From assembly GCA_963924565.1 (NCBI GenBank), contig OZ004609.1, positions 28,644,001 to 28,708,000 on the forward strand: 64,000 nucleotides of DNA, in the 5' to 3' direction. Below are positions 51,906 through 64,000 of the stretch, piece after piece; position 1 is the stretch's first letter, and every line of letters begins with the position of its first letter. The position numbers were made by a program, and so were the translations under genes. The DNA is from Ascidiella aspersa. Lineage: Eukaryota. Below the pieces are notes generated by a model. That model saw nothing but the letters and a program-made list of their open reading frames with translations. It was not told the origin of the DNA and searched no databases.

Positions 51906-54900
51906 AAATACAAAATAATTTAATGCAACTAATTAACTTAACAGGGTTGCGGTTGTTTTATATTTTGCCAGGAGGATATTTTTCAGGATGGTTTGTCTAA
52001 GTAATTTAAATTGTAACCGAAAGAAATGTTCTGTGTTGTGAAAAACATGAGTCCGGTAATTACTTTCTACAATTTTAGTAGTATGCGGCCCTCGTGAAAG
52101 CAGCAACAATATTAGGCCGTACATTGGCAAAGGCGCTGTGTCCATAACAAATTCGTATTACCCTGACCAAATCATTCTCAAGCATATGTTGAACAAAATG
52201 CAAGATTCCATCAAGCTGGCCTCTTGAGACTATTGCATATTGTACTTTGCGTCATTAGCTTGAGCCGCGTGTTATTGCCGATGATTTAAAAAGGTAATTT
52301 ACCATGTTACTAAAAAGTAATGTTACGCATAGCGTAATATCCTGGCTTGAGTGATAAATAGTGTGTAAAGTGGTAAACATTTTAATTTTTTCTAAATAAA
52401 ACATTTTAATTTCTCCAATCGTAAAATCGTTAATTGGTATACAGTATATATGTTGGTCGTCCCTTGACTATATTGTATTTGCTTTTTTTTTTTTTTTACT
52501 ATATCTCTAAATTATAATAATGATTTCAAATGATATCATGCCTCCTTTATACCTCTACCATGAAGATTTTTCAACACTTATAAGTTTGCCTCTAGCTTTT
52601 TCAACTACTTTTTCAACTATATTAAACGGTCTAACAACCGTTAATAAAAACAAAGTTTAAGCATGAAAGAGTGTACGTTATTTTAAGCTGATCAATGAAT
52701 ACCACAAGTATTAAAAACAATTTGAATTCCACTCGCCACAACAAATAAATTTAAACTAAGGAAACAATTTAAAAAGCATTTTTTTCAACTTATAAGGACA
52801 TTGTTGTTTGTAATAACGAAAACGTAAAATTTTTAAATCTTTAATTAATTTTAAATCTTTAAAGTGCAACTTACGTGGATAAGTCACTTGCAAAGAGTGA
52901 ATGGTTTGGCACACTGTAGTTGTGTGCCCATTATTTACATTGTTTTCAACTTTTATCACACAAGACGCAGACCGATCTTTTCTGCCTGCTTGTTTAATTT
53001 TGAAAATTAATTTTGTTTTGATTTGTATAGGCTAGTCACTAGTGGATTAGTGGTGTGTTTTACCAGCGCTTATATTTTTTCTCACACACATGTTGATACT
53101 GTGTTCCCTTTTAACTTGGTGTATAACTGGGCGTTACAACTTATTTTATTGTTAGGGCAAACGGATGGAATTCTTTATTTATACTTCGAAACTATAATCA
53201 AGCAAACAGTATTAAGGTTTTGCTGATTAATAACTTGTGAAAGATATTTTTTATGTAAAAATAATTAATATGATGTTTGTTGAAAACCTTCGTTTTAAAA
53301 GTAATCTTTTTCAACAAACTTAATCACAACACTACAAGCACTACATTACTTAATGGCGTTGCGTTTCGCACTTTAATGGGTTTACATTTGTTTGTTTAAG
53401 AAAAGTAATACAATTTCACTAACTTTACGTGGTATTATTTTTTCGGCCAATGTTGTAATTTTATTAGGGACGTTATGCTTTCTTTTGTGCGTATTTTCAA
53501 GCATAACCTTACCCCACCTTATCCCTATGTCAACAAAAATCAGTGCACGAAACCTGACCAACCGGTTGTATGCTAAAAATAAAAATTATTAGCCTGATGA
53601 ACATAACAAGTTTCTTTTTATAGCGGCATAAAACAATATTCCTGCATTACAATCATGTCTGGCAAGCGCGGGAATGCCCTGAACTGAAATGCTTCGTCCT
53701 AAGTAGCCAATGAAGTCCCTCCTAATCTTAATTTAGTGCAATATTATTACGCTGCGCTACTAAAAGCCAAAAAGCGATGTATTTCGTTAAAGAAGTGCGT
53801 TCTACGAGCAACGTGTGCAAGCAAGTATATAATTTCCACAAGAGGTCGGTAAAGAGTCACATTTGCGTACTGATTGCATGGTAATGGGATACTTTTGCGT
53901 GTCTCTTATTTTTAAGAAACATGATGAAGCTGGTTGATAACGAAGTAAAAAAACAAAACTATAACGATGTTCGATATTAGGTAATCTGATTCGATAAATT
54001 TGTTCGATACTTCCAGGAATAACATTGCGATCCGATCTGAGAGAAAAAGTCTTTAGTATCTTCATATAATCAAAATTTATAAACTTATACGTGCAATGGC
54101 AGTGATTTGTCAGGGTGAGACCAACTTTTGCTTCGTTAGAAACCTATTTATTTGCGACCCTAATACAATATTGTCTTCGAAATTTAACATCCATGACTTA
54201 AGAAACTCCACATTGAATCGCAAAATATGTTTGATATTAGATCGGCACCGACACAGCTCCAGTAACCGACCAGTCCCAATATGGTGGCCGGAATTGCATC
54301 TGATGCGATAGTATTTGACACACCCAATTAACCGATGTGTCACTTCTTATTGTTCTCATCGCAACAATTGAAGACATTCAGAGCGTAAGGGATAGAAAAC
54401 GATCTACACCAGTTTTCTTTTACTGGTGAATAAAATGTGATAAATTTATTAAAACGTGGTGTTAATACGCATTACCAAACTGTTTAAAATCTACAGCAAG
54501 TACCACCAGCCGTGATTAGTATTCTATTTCGGCATCTAAACCATAACAAGTATTACTCGTGCTAACCAAATGCATATCACAATACATTTCTCATGCTTGG
54601 GTAAGCAGAAAATTAACAACACGAAAAACTCTTGAATCGCTTGACTTATTAACTGAAGTGGCATATAAAAAGTAAATTCAATCGCGATTTGAAAATAAAG
54701 TATAGGCTTCGGAACAATCTTATCACCATGTCGTAATATTCATGTTAACTCCTAATTTATTGATACGTTCAACTTTTACTGATTCTAATACTGTTGAACG
54801 TTGTTCTTTATTAAAGTAGATCGGGTCACTGTACCCATTGCTTTCGTAGATTTGCATCCTTCTAACTAGAGATATGGAGGAGGATTTTAAACGAATAGCT

Positions 54901-56383
54901 AAATAGATATAAGACAAGGCAAACAATCATTTCAAAAGCACTATGACACTGACGTTCTGAAACTTATCACACATTAGCCGATCCAAAGCTCCATGAGTCT
55001 ATGCTTAACTTCTGACGTAGGATTAATAACAAATTCTTGGTATCGGTTGTATATCAGATGTGTGAAGGCTGATTTTAAAACCGAGTACTGAAATATCAAT
55101 GTATAGTTAAAGTTCTTTCAAATATAGTGCTGTTCACAATAAAACGGACAATAGGCTTCGAGTTTCTTGAAATGATTTAAAAAATATTTGTATCCAGAAT
55201 TGATATATTTTGATTACACAGTAGTGAACGGAATCAGGGGGGTTTCAAAAAGGCGTTTCGGCAAAATAATGACTGACCGTAGCCTACGCCGTATACAGTT
55301 AAAAATATTGTTCAACACAGCCAACCGAGTTTTTCTCGGTACGTGATCTACTACACGATCAGGTAGCAGTCTGTCGACTATACCGACCCGGACTTTCAAC
55401 CGCCAGTTCGTTTGTGTTGTGTCTAAGCTCAGGCTCTTGCCGCAGATAAGAGTAAAGTCCAGGTTTCGGTTGCGGGAGTGAAAAAGGTCGTCAGGTCGTG
55501 TCAAGTTCGCGTTGCACAGGCCGTGTCAACTTTTTAATCTTGCAAAATCCTGCTTAGCAACTGGACTTTCGCACTTATGGTTGCTGTGTACATCCAAATA
55601 TTGCCCTATGGCGAAAACTAATTTTCACACTACCTAACTTCGAATGATCAGTACGCCTGGTGGATTTAGCAAAACAAAGGTTCATATAGGTACAGCATAC
55701 CGGAATGCTTTTTTTAGAAAAAATATTAAAACAACCCGTCACTTTAGATTTAGGGTTAAGGAATACGATTTATTTGCGTAATATGGTTGCACAGTTTATT
55801 TGTTTTTACGTTTTCCCCTGATATCCTTTTGTCATAAGTTACGCTGTTCACCCCCAACACTTGCACTTGTGCAAAAGATTATTGAGAAATTCGGCACTAC
55901 AACTTCCAAATTGACTATAGGCCTCTAAGACATACAGTTCCAGTCGTTGGCCCCCAACATTTGCTATTTGTGTCAACGTTTTTTTGGGGGGTGCGAGAAC
56001 TTTTCAAAGGGGGTACGGTGTTGCTGGATCAGGACACAGAAAATGTATTACTGTATTTTATTTCTCTGTTCAGCTAAATGTAAAACTAACTCACATTTTG
56101 TTATGGCGTTGCCGCGTTATCTCTTACTTGTATCAAAATAAAATTACAATGGTTTTGTTATTTAAGCAAATCTGAAAGGGGTTCGAGAATTGGTTGGTGA
56201 TTTAAAAGAGGCGCAGCAAAACGTTAAAAATCACCGCGACCAGCCACCCGACAGTGGTTGTTACGTATAGAAAACCGAATATACTTGGTGTAACATTATT
56301 TCTTATTACTACGACCCAGGCTAATAGAAATTGGCATTGACTCGTAACAGCACAGGAAAAACATTTTATTACAGAAAAAACTT

Positions 56384-56389
56384 TTTATT
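56384..56389 (-). terminator. Candidate polyadenylation signal of the TGF-beta-family gene
   Basis: AATAAA on the minus strand about 510 nt after the stop, with a second one near 56365-56370. Common by chance in AT-rich DNA. Confidence 0.35.
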
Positions 56390-56612
56390 CAAAGTTGTAT
56401 TTACAAATAAATACAATTCTTAAACGACACATAGAAAATAGTGCGGATTATTTACCCGACTTCCACAGTGGCGAATGCGCCATAAAAAATGAAATCGAAT
56501 GTCGAGTTCAATGACGAGTTTAAGGTAAATATCATGAAATGTGTTACGCCAACGCCCCACTAAAATGGGTACGGGCTTTACAAAAAGTGTAAAACGATTG
56601 AATGGTGTAAAA

Positions 56613-56791
56613 CAATGGTTCCCGACCTGTGGTACGCGAAGGTTGTTCTACAAACAACGTTGATTAATGCCAGTTGTAAGCTAAAAATAGATAAAAACAT
56701 GATTCGATCAAATTAGTTGTTCTACAAGTGATACGCGTTGGCAGTACAGAGTGTCCAAGTAGAGCGACAGCGCGAAGGTTGGGAACCCATG
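56613..56791. mobile_element. Short hAT-like MITE in the presumed 3' UTR of the TGF-beta-family gene
   Basis: TIRs CAATGGTTCCCGACCT...AGGTTGGGAACCCATG, flanks GTGTAAAA/GTGGAAAA (7/8). Confidence 0.8.
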
Positions 56792-56899
56792 GTGGAAAAG
56801 GAACGGAGTCATACACGGCGACAAAATAATTTGGACAACGTTTCACTGTCAAGTAAATGTATGTTGTGGCAGCTCTGTGTCCCACGCAATAAATAAGCT

Positions 56900-59800
56900 T
56901 CAGAGGCAGCCGCAATGGCGAGCCACCTCGTCTTCTAAGATCTCGACGGTTATGTCTCCGCCACTGCCGTACGTCATCTGGTAGAGGGACTGGTACGCAA
57001 TGGGCACGCAGTCGACGGTGGGTTCGAACGGCGGGTGGCGGTTGAAGGTTTTTTCCTAAAATGCGTCGCGGTTAGTAAAAGTAACAGAAACGCAATAAAA
57101 TACTTGGTTCCAGTAATAGTGAAATTTAATGTTAGCTTGTTAATTTTGGCCTTTTAATCCATTAAGGAAGGCATAAGTTATAATTAGGATACATTAGTGG
57201 TTGCCCAAATCCAAGTCTAACGATGCAGGTAAATTCCTAATTTTCACCAACTGCTTCTTTAAGTGTTTTTAGTTATCGTGTTTTATGATGGAAATTTTTT
57301 TTAAATGGGTGTATTTTTATGATGTAATGTATTTACAAGGTTGTTCAAAATACGTCGTATTACGAGACTATTCCTCGTTCGAAGATTTCGAGAAACAAAA
57401 CTGTTTGTTTCTCTATAAACATTTAATAAACATCTATATTTCTTCAATTCAAATAGTCATTCGCTTAGGAAAACGTAGCCTTGTTCAAGTTTAGTTAAAA
57501 ACATTATAGGTGCGAAAATGGAACTACTGAACATACCAGGGTCATGGTCAAGGCGTGGTTGGTGGTGTTCATCTGTTCAGAAAGCGGATGACTACAGCTG
57601 CCATAGCATTCGCCCACATCGTATTTTGATGGGTAGGTCAGCTGAAGTTGCTGAGTGTAAATTTGACGGGTTTGATTATTATATGAATAGCTATGAACCT
57701 CTTTTGACTAATTTCCCATAAAAAACAATAGTCAAACTATTTAATTTGTAATAAAATTCGTGTTGACATGGTAGAAATATTGTCATTAAACACTAATTGC
57801 TAATAATTTTTTTTACACAACAAAGCCTAAAGTAACAAGAACAGATCGATTGGCATTACAAATATGACTAATTGAAAATCAACACCAATGGTTTGATGTA
57901 AAAATCATACACGAAATGGCTTGACGCAATTAAAGTCCTTACCCAGGGCTCGACGAAATTGACGTGGTAACTCATTCGTCTGCAAGTCAAGCTGTTTCGC
58001 AATCCTGTGGCACGAACTGAAGGACTGCGGCGTTGTCTTACGTGGCGCCGGTGATCTAAAAGAGCAACAAGGTTCCACGAGCATGTCGACTTTTAAGCCT
58101 ACCCAAACCGCAGAAATTTAGAGGCTTCTACTGATTTCGCAAAAGTGCAGACATCTGGCAAGTTAAATTCTTCTCAACATCCTTTTTCGCTTTGGTGTGA
58201 CATATTGGGAGTTTGGCCAACGCTGCTGATTTTGGTTTATGTCACAAGGAAAAACCTAAAACATTCGTTGGTCTTTCATACATCATCAGCGCTGCACATT
58301 GCTATCATTTCTGTTACGTATAACGCCACGGTTTTAACACTCTTGTATATGGCATATTACAATATGCTGTTGCTACCAGGCATAGCATATACTAAAAACA
58401 AGTTCTCTGAAATTAAGTTCACTATTTTTTTGTGCTAAAAGACACAACTAGGTTGTTTCGTCGTCTTATCGTTTTTTATTTATTTTTTATTTGTGTGTGT
58501 CATTATACTTCGCGTGTTCTTGGGCGGGTTGTGTACATTCCCTGCTGTAGGCTTCCCGGATAATTAGCCGAAACGTCGGACAAATAAATAAATACCAGAA
58601 TAACTCAATTTTGAGTATATTTCAGATATCGTTTGCCAAAATGCGAATTGTGAAATATAATTATAATATCATACGCGCTTACTTTATTTTAAAATAAGGT
58701 TTATAATTGTGGCTAGAATTTTGGGCTCGAAGTTAAATATTGATTACATTTTATTACCTTCACTTATAGTGTTATCTTCATTAGCTATCCTTAACTGCAG
58801 CCGCATTAGTCTGCGTGTAACTAAAACACAGGCCAAACTCAGCGGGGCTTAAAAAGTGAGTGCAAAGTACATTACAAACGAGCTTCGCAACACTGGTTGC
58901 CTTTGTCTCGTGTTTAGCAAACGTTTGAGCGCTGCGGACTTAAAGTGCAAAACAAAGCGTTACCCACCTCTGACGCGCTTTGGCTGAACCGCAGAATTCC
59001 GGTACAAGTCGAACCTGGGTCCTCTGCTCGCCGGCGAGCTGGGATCCTTTTTGCAGAAGAAAGTCAGCGACACCGCGCGCCGCAAGATGCTTATCCGATC
59101 GTCCGTGCTGTTTCCTTTGTATACACACGGATAAAGATTAAAACAAAGCCGAAACCGGCTGGAACGCTGTGCGCCAGACGTCTGCGGAATTGCAGGTGCC
59201 AAAGGCGATGTCAGCCTGTCAGTCACCGGGAGCCACGAAAGGTTTACGAGATACGAGCCCCGCTGACGAGCTGGGAAAACTCCCATTTTGCAGCAACGGG
59301 CCTGGGAATGGCCGCCGCGTGTTTAACAAATGCAGGTGTGGCAGTGAAAACTCGCGATTAGGTGCCTGGCGTTCAATCTAACGAGCTATCGAAAAGTCAA
59401 CAACGAATGCTAATGAAGCTCAATGTTTAAAGCGTTATCGAAGTCCCCCTGTTCCGGATGTCCTGATGTAAGATTCACAAGCAAGGGGTAGAGCTAACAA
59501 AACAAGTATGTGTGAAACGCACATTTAATAAAGCGGCGACGGGGCCTTCGAACACACCAATTTAAAAAATACATTTTTTAAGTTGGTCATTAGCGTGCTT
59601 TATTTTAGATAAATTTCAATTTATTTATTTTTACTTTACACAGGGGCCTTCGTATTGAAATTAGGGGCTGTATAAAAGAACGGAAAAATAACGTGTAGAA
59701 ATTTCGTTGTTTATTTAAGAATAAAACGTATTTAAAATTAAAAATATTTAAGAATAAAACGTATTTCAAGTTACGTAGAAACTTCCGTCCAACGAATCAT

Positions 59801-62800
59801 GCCAGCAAACGAATAACAGCAATCGAATAACAGCAATCGAATTGTTTACTCCTTACAGGCGCATTGCGCAAACGAACCTGAGATGAAGAGTTGCCTTCGT
59901 GGTCGAACGCTGACGCGCAATGTGAGCAGCTCGCCGCTTGATCTAGTCAGCCATCTCCACAACTCGAGTCTTTTCAGGCTTGCGATCATCAGACCGCCAT
60001 CCACTGAGGGACAACTTGCCTGGAAAATACGTCATTTTCAGTGCAAGGAAAAGCGTTATAATAATAATCCCGCTTGCCAATGTAGCTCTCCGTATAAATA
60101 AACTGTTTCATAGCTACCCGTACTTCACTTCTGTTTAGTGGTACAATTCACAAAGGCTGGAACCGAACATATCGATCGTTTTTTACTGGCGAACGATTGC
60201 AGAAAATGCATGATTGGATGCCAAGTCTTTCAGTGGCGTGCAATCTGTTTTCCGGTGATTTTATGTTTATTTTACGAGGTTTACCGAGTACGATGAAAGA
60301 TCGCATTTTGTGAAAAACATAAACATCTTAGTTTTTATGTACATCTTTAATGTTAAGGCAATAGTCAAGAACATTAAAAAATAGCTGACCTAGTTTTAAA
60401 TTAGAAAACAATCTAATTTAAGGAACTTCTGTCTGTAGAGAATTTTATATCCATTTCCCTGTACAGCATTAGAGCATTAGCCTTGCTGATAAACCCAAGC
60501 AAATCCTGCAAGGTCCCTGGTGCTGCAACGAGCGAGCCCAAATTGTGGTTTAAAGTCTGTTTGCCCTAACAGCTTCGGAAAAGTACAAGCTTTTTGCAGT
60601 TCTGCTCGATCGCTAGGTTGAAAACAAAGCCAGCCACGCACTCGGCGACATATGCGCGAGGACTGTAAATTTTACCCAGAACTCAAGTAGCCTCCTGTTC
60701 ACCGATTAAAGTCGTAAATTTAAAATAGCTGTGGTGAAAATTAGCAAACAAGGTAAAATCGGCGCGTGGGAAATTGCAAGGTGGAATGCCGGCCACTCCT
60801 ACAGCTGCAAATAATGACAAAACGCGAGATGTTTATTTTAAATACTTTTAGAGTTTAGGCGAAAATTGCCAGCGGATCAAAACGACGTTATAAAAAAACA
60901 GAGAAAGGTCAACTTTGAAACAAGTGAAATGCGGGTAGTTTTGAAACGGTCTTACTTTCCCTATCGAATGTTACAGAAAGTCGAGCGAAGAATACACCAA
61001 GTCTAAATTATATTATTCGCAAAACACAAATTTTTTTCTTTAACAAATACTACGACAAATCCCTATAAAAGTCCTAATAATAAATTATATTATTCGCTGA
61101 ACACAAAACCAGCTTTTTTTTGAAATAACACGTCATCTCCCTATCAAAGTCATTCGTTACCGAAGTCAAATACCAGTCCAGAGTACGGGAAAAGCAAGTC
61201 AATTTATAGGTATCGCAAAAAAAATATATATAGTTATTATGACCCGAAGAGAACTCATATCAAGCAAACTCTTTACGTTTACCCAAAATAAAATAGAACA
61301 TGTCAAATCAATTTAAGTTGATTGAAACGCACCTGTTCGGCGCGATACAACAAAGTCGTGGTTCCGTTACCAATCGCCTCTACCAGCACTTCGTAGAGGC
61401 CGAATTGCTCTTCAAGCTCGCAGGGACGGGCGCGCTGTAAAACCAAGTCCACCGCCTCTGGCTGACTTCCCTGACACTTTGCGCTACATAAAGAAAAATA
61501 CAGGTGTCAATAGTTGCCCTTTGGTTCAAACCAAAAAAGTTAATTACGCCTAGTATTAGTCTGTTGTGTAAAAAATGTGTTGAAAAATCGTCAATAACTT
61601 CTTTGAAAAAGTAATTGGGCGTTTGTGAGGTTTTGACAACGATGTGTGACGAAAGAAAAACGTGGTATCGTCCCTTAAATTGATAATATTTTAAATTGAC
61701 AAAGGAATATAAATCATCATAGCACCATTGTGTTGTTTTCTGACGATACTTAATTTCCGGGTGAAAAATGTAAAAAATCAATAATCAAGTCCTGTTTAGC
61801 GTAAAGGAGAGAAGGAAGTTTGCAAAGCACTTGTTTGAGGTTTTTGGCAGGTGTTTATTTCAGGTATATGCAACGTGCGGCCAGACAGTGTCGTGTTTTC
61901 CTTTTCCGCAAATTTAATCTGTTCATAGTTAGCTGCACAGATCGTTCGTTTAATTTGAATGCAAGCTGCAATCACTATACGTTCGAGTTTGAAAATATGA
62001 AAGAACAACTGAAGGACAAACCGACCATCAGAATATTTTATCGGTGTTCTTAAGCAATTTCCAAAATTGCTTAAGAACTAAAATGTATTTTCAAACGATT
62101 TGAATCACTGTTAATTTCCTTCAACTTTGGAAAGTACCGATTCCGAATCACTGACAATTTTTCGGTGCGTTTTGAAATCACGTAACATGAATAAAGCTTA
62201 AACCCAGCTGAACAAGAGAAACCCCGGTGTTTTCCCAATCGTGTCGGGTCAAGGTTCTCTAACTAACAAAACGCGGTTTACGGTTCCAAATTAATACAAG
62301 GTACTAACTCATATCTCATATATGGTGTTTCTTGAATAAAGAAGGTTTAATCATAAACTTAACCTAAAGCAGGAAAATTAAATAAATTAAAATATGTAGT
62401 ATTAGCTACTTTTATTATATATTTTTTTAATTTTACTGCGGTATATGTAGTACCATTTTCCCTTTTTATGTTATTTTTTTGCAATGGACCGCAAAGTAAA
62501 TATTGCAAGCAGTTAGCCACATAATTTTTTTGCAAACAAGTTATTTTGACCGCAAATCAAATATTGCAAGCAGTCAGCCACATAATTTTTTGCAAAAAAA
62601 TTACCGCTTCATATCGAAGTTCAAAACCGGTTGACAGAACCAAAAAAAACCGTTCTCTTACATTTTTCCTGGGTGCCGAAACGAAGCTAAGATGGTGTCA
62701 CGGTCAACGTGTTCCAGCGAGCGGTCGACCGGGACCCTCGTCATCCCGCCAAGGCCCGCGATGCGCTTCAAGTAGAACTGCTGCAATTGGTTACGGACGC

Positions 62801-63380
62801 GCGACGAAAAAGCTGCGCAGGTCGCAAACTGAGCCGAGTTCGCCCCGACACCGTTCGCTTCGTCGATCAGCTCTGAATAAAAGCGGTACACGTGACGTAG
62901 CTATTGCCTTGTATATTTGCATTTTGCGGTGTGGCAGCCGTTTGACACATTCGGTCTAATGCGATATTGAAAACAGCACACCTTGGCGTGAATAGAGAAG
63001 GCTGCTGTTTGTCGCAACTAACTTTCAATTGTTTCCGAATATTTATTTTCTTAGCAAACACTGCGTTGTTTCTCGTATAATTTAATTAACTGTCAACGTT
63101 TTTATTGATAAAATATTATAATTAACAATTTGAAGTCACTATAGTTGTACGCGTACGTGCCCTAAACATGTTATTGTGCTATTTCCTTGGGTATGTTTTA
63201 AAGGTTTTATTTTGCACGTTGGTAAATAATATTAAGTAAAGTGAAACCATCGCTTGATCAAAATCGGTAATAAAATAAACAATTAAAAACTCTAGTAAAA
63301 GCAGAAAAAATATTCATATTACTGGTCTGAAAGATAGTTATAATACGTACCTCGTTCGTAAGTGTGCAACATACGATCAC
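56900..63380 (-). CDS. Divergent TGF-beta/BMP-family ligand precursor; 5'-partial, exons 63380-63351, 62872-62662, 61483-61333, 60019-59878, 59114-58968, 58055-57943, 57641(or 57650)-57537, 57055-56900
   Basis: The spliced frame gives a prodomain (DTILASFRH, LWRWL, VSLTFF), a furin site RQRR, then CRRMSYHVNFVEPW/LTYPSKYDVGECYGSCSHPLSEQMNTTNHALTMTL/EKTFNRHPPFEPTVDCVPIAYQSL...EDEVARHCGCL*. This is the cystine-knot pattern C...CxGxC...C...CxC with the BMP NxTNHA helix. All exons are phase-compatible; the prodomain exons are less certain than the mature ones. Confidence 0.88.
58539..58592 (+). mobile_element. Decayed Penelope-like terminal repeat with a minimal hammerhead-ribozyme-like motif
   Basis: TCC-CTGCTGTA-GGCT...AGCC-GAAA-CGTC-GGA followed by AATAAATAAA. 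The core deviates from CTGANGA at two positions. Confidence 0.5.
62487..62597 (+). repeat. Tandem duplication of a ~50-bp unit
   Basis: GACCGCAAA..AAATATTGCAAGCAGT.AGCCACATAATTTTTT(T)GCAAA occurs twice. Confidence 0.85.
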
Positions 63381-63576
63381 CTGCAAAATGTTGAAATTTT
63401 GTTAAGATAAAAATAGAACTTAAAAAATTACCTAAACTAAGTACCGCTTAACATGTTGAGTTACACGGCGTAATTCAAAAGCGTAGTTTTGGGCAAGTTT
63501 TAACATATTTCTTACCACGTGACATGTAGTGTCAATTTTTTTATGGTTTCGTGTCATTAGAAACAGTCGTATAGAG

Positions 63577-63995
63577 CAGGTAACCCAACATTTTTTTCAC
63601 CGTGGACCCTTTTAAAATTTTGAGAAATCAATGTCCCACTATTTTTTTTAACCGTTTGAAAAAATTAATCAACGTAATTTTAGTTAAAAAAAAGCTGGTT
63701 TATAGTGTAACCGGTATTTAAAATGATAAATTGATTTGAAAGCATTTAATCATTTTATCAAATTTTAAAATATTACAATTAATAAATCTAAAAGTAAAAC
63801 GAAGAAAGTTAGCTCAAGATCAAGAAGTAGCTTATTGCTGTACTAGTATTTTTAATAAATTTGAATTTATTGTTATAGTTATAAGTACACTTTTAGTTAA
63901 GTAGAGATGATAAATTAAAAAAATTATTGTTTCAAAAAAATAATTGTTTGAAAATGGCCCCTAGGGGGACATGGCCCCCAGGTTGGAAATCCCTG
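63577..63995. mobile_element. hAT-like MITE in an intron of the TGF-beta-family gene
   Basis: Ends CAGGTAACCCAAC...GGTTGGAAATCCCTG with GGCCCC subterminal motifs as in 1767-2642. The right flank is cut by the window edge. Confidence 0.7.
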
Positions 63996-64000
63996 GTAAA

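Noticed and set aside
55214-55504. 96-aa minus-strand ORF in a GC-rich patch
   Set aside because: Non-ATG start, no homology recognised, no linked exons; could be regulatory or a non-coding exon.
60477-60662. Possible extra cassette or terminal exon of the TGF-beta gene (acceptor TTTACAG, 61 open codons)
   Set aside because: The flanking exons already join in phase, there is no strong donor, and the peptide shows no prodomain similarity.
1-64000. CRISPR arrays, rRNA/tRNA genes, conserved miRNAs, autonomous transposase or RT ORFs
   Set aside because: None recognised by eye; small RNAs cannot be excluded without covariance-model searches.

Overview
AT-rich, intron-containing animal DNA with GT-AG introns; compact introns and dense short DNA-transposon relics suggest an invertebrate chordate such as an ascidian (inference only). 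Assembling exons by hand with phase checks gives six genes: (1) the last three exons of a WSCD1/2-like WSC-domain sulfotransferase (+); (2) a complete 8-exon tandem paralogue of it (+, 502 aa); (3) a compact 3-exon CNG channel beta subunit (-, ~591 aa); (4) a 9-exon single-domain hexokinase (-, 483 aa); (5) a BTB-BACK-Kelch protein with an extra degenerate N-terminal BTB segment (-, ~713 aa); (6) a 5'-truncated, highly divergent TGF-beta/BMP-family ligand (-) that is almost invisible in the ORF track. Its mature domain keeps the six cystine-knot cysteines but has Asp in place of the interchain dimerisation cysteine, which is the most interesting item here. Non-coding DNA holds several hAT-like MITEs with 8-bp TSDs, two Merlin-like (GGCGC-ended) elements, a templated intron-to-intron copy and a decayed Penelope-type hammerhead motif. 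Family assignments come from motifs I recall, not from database searches.
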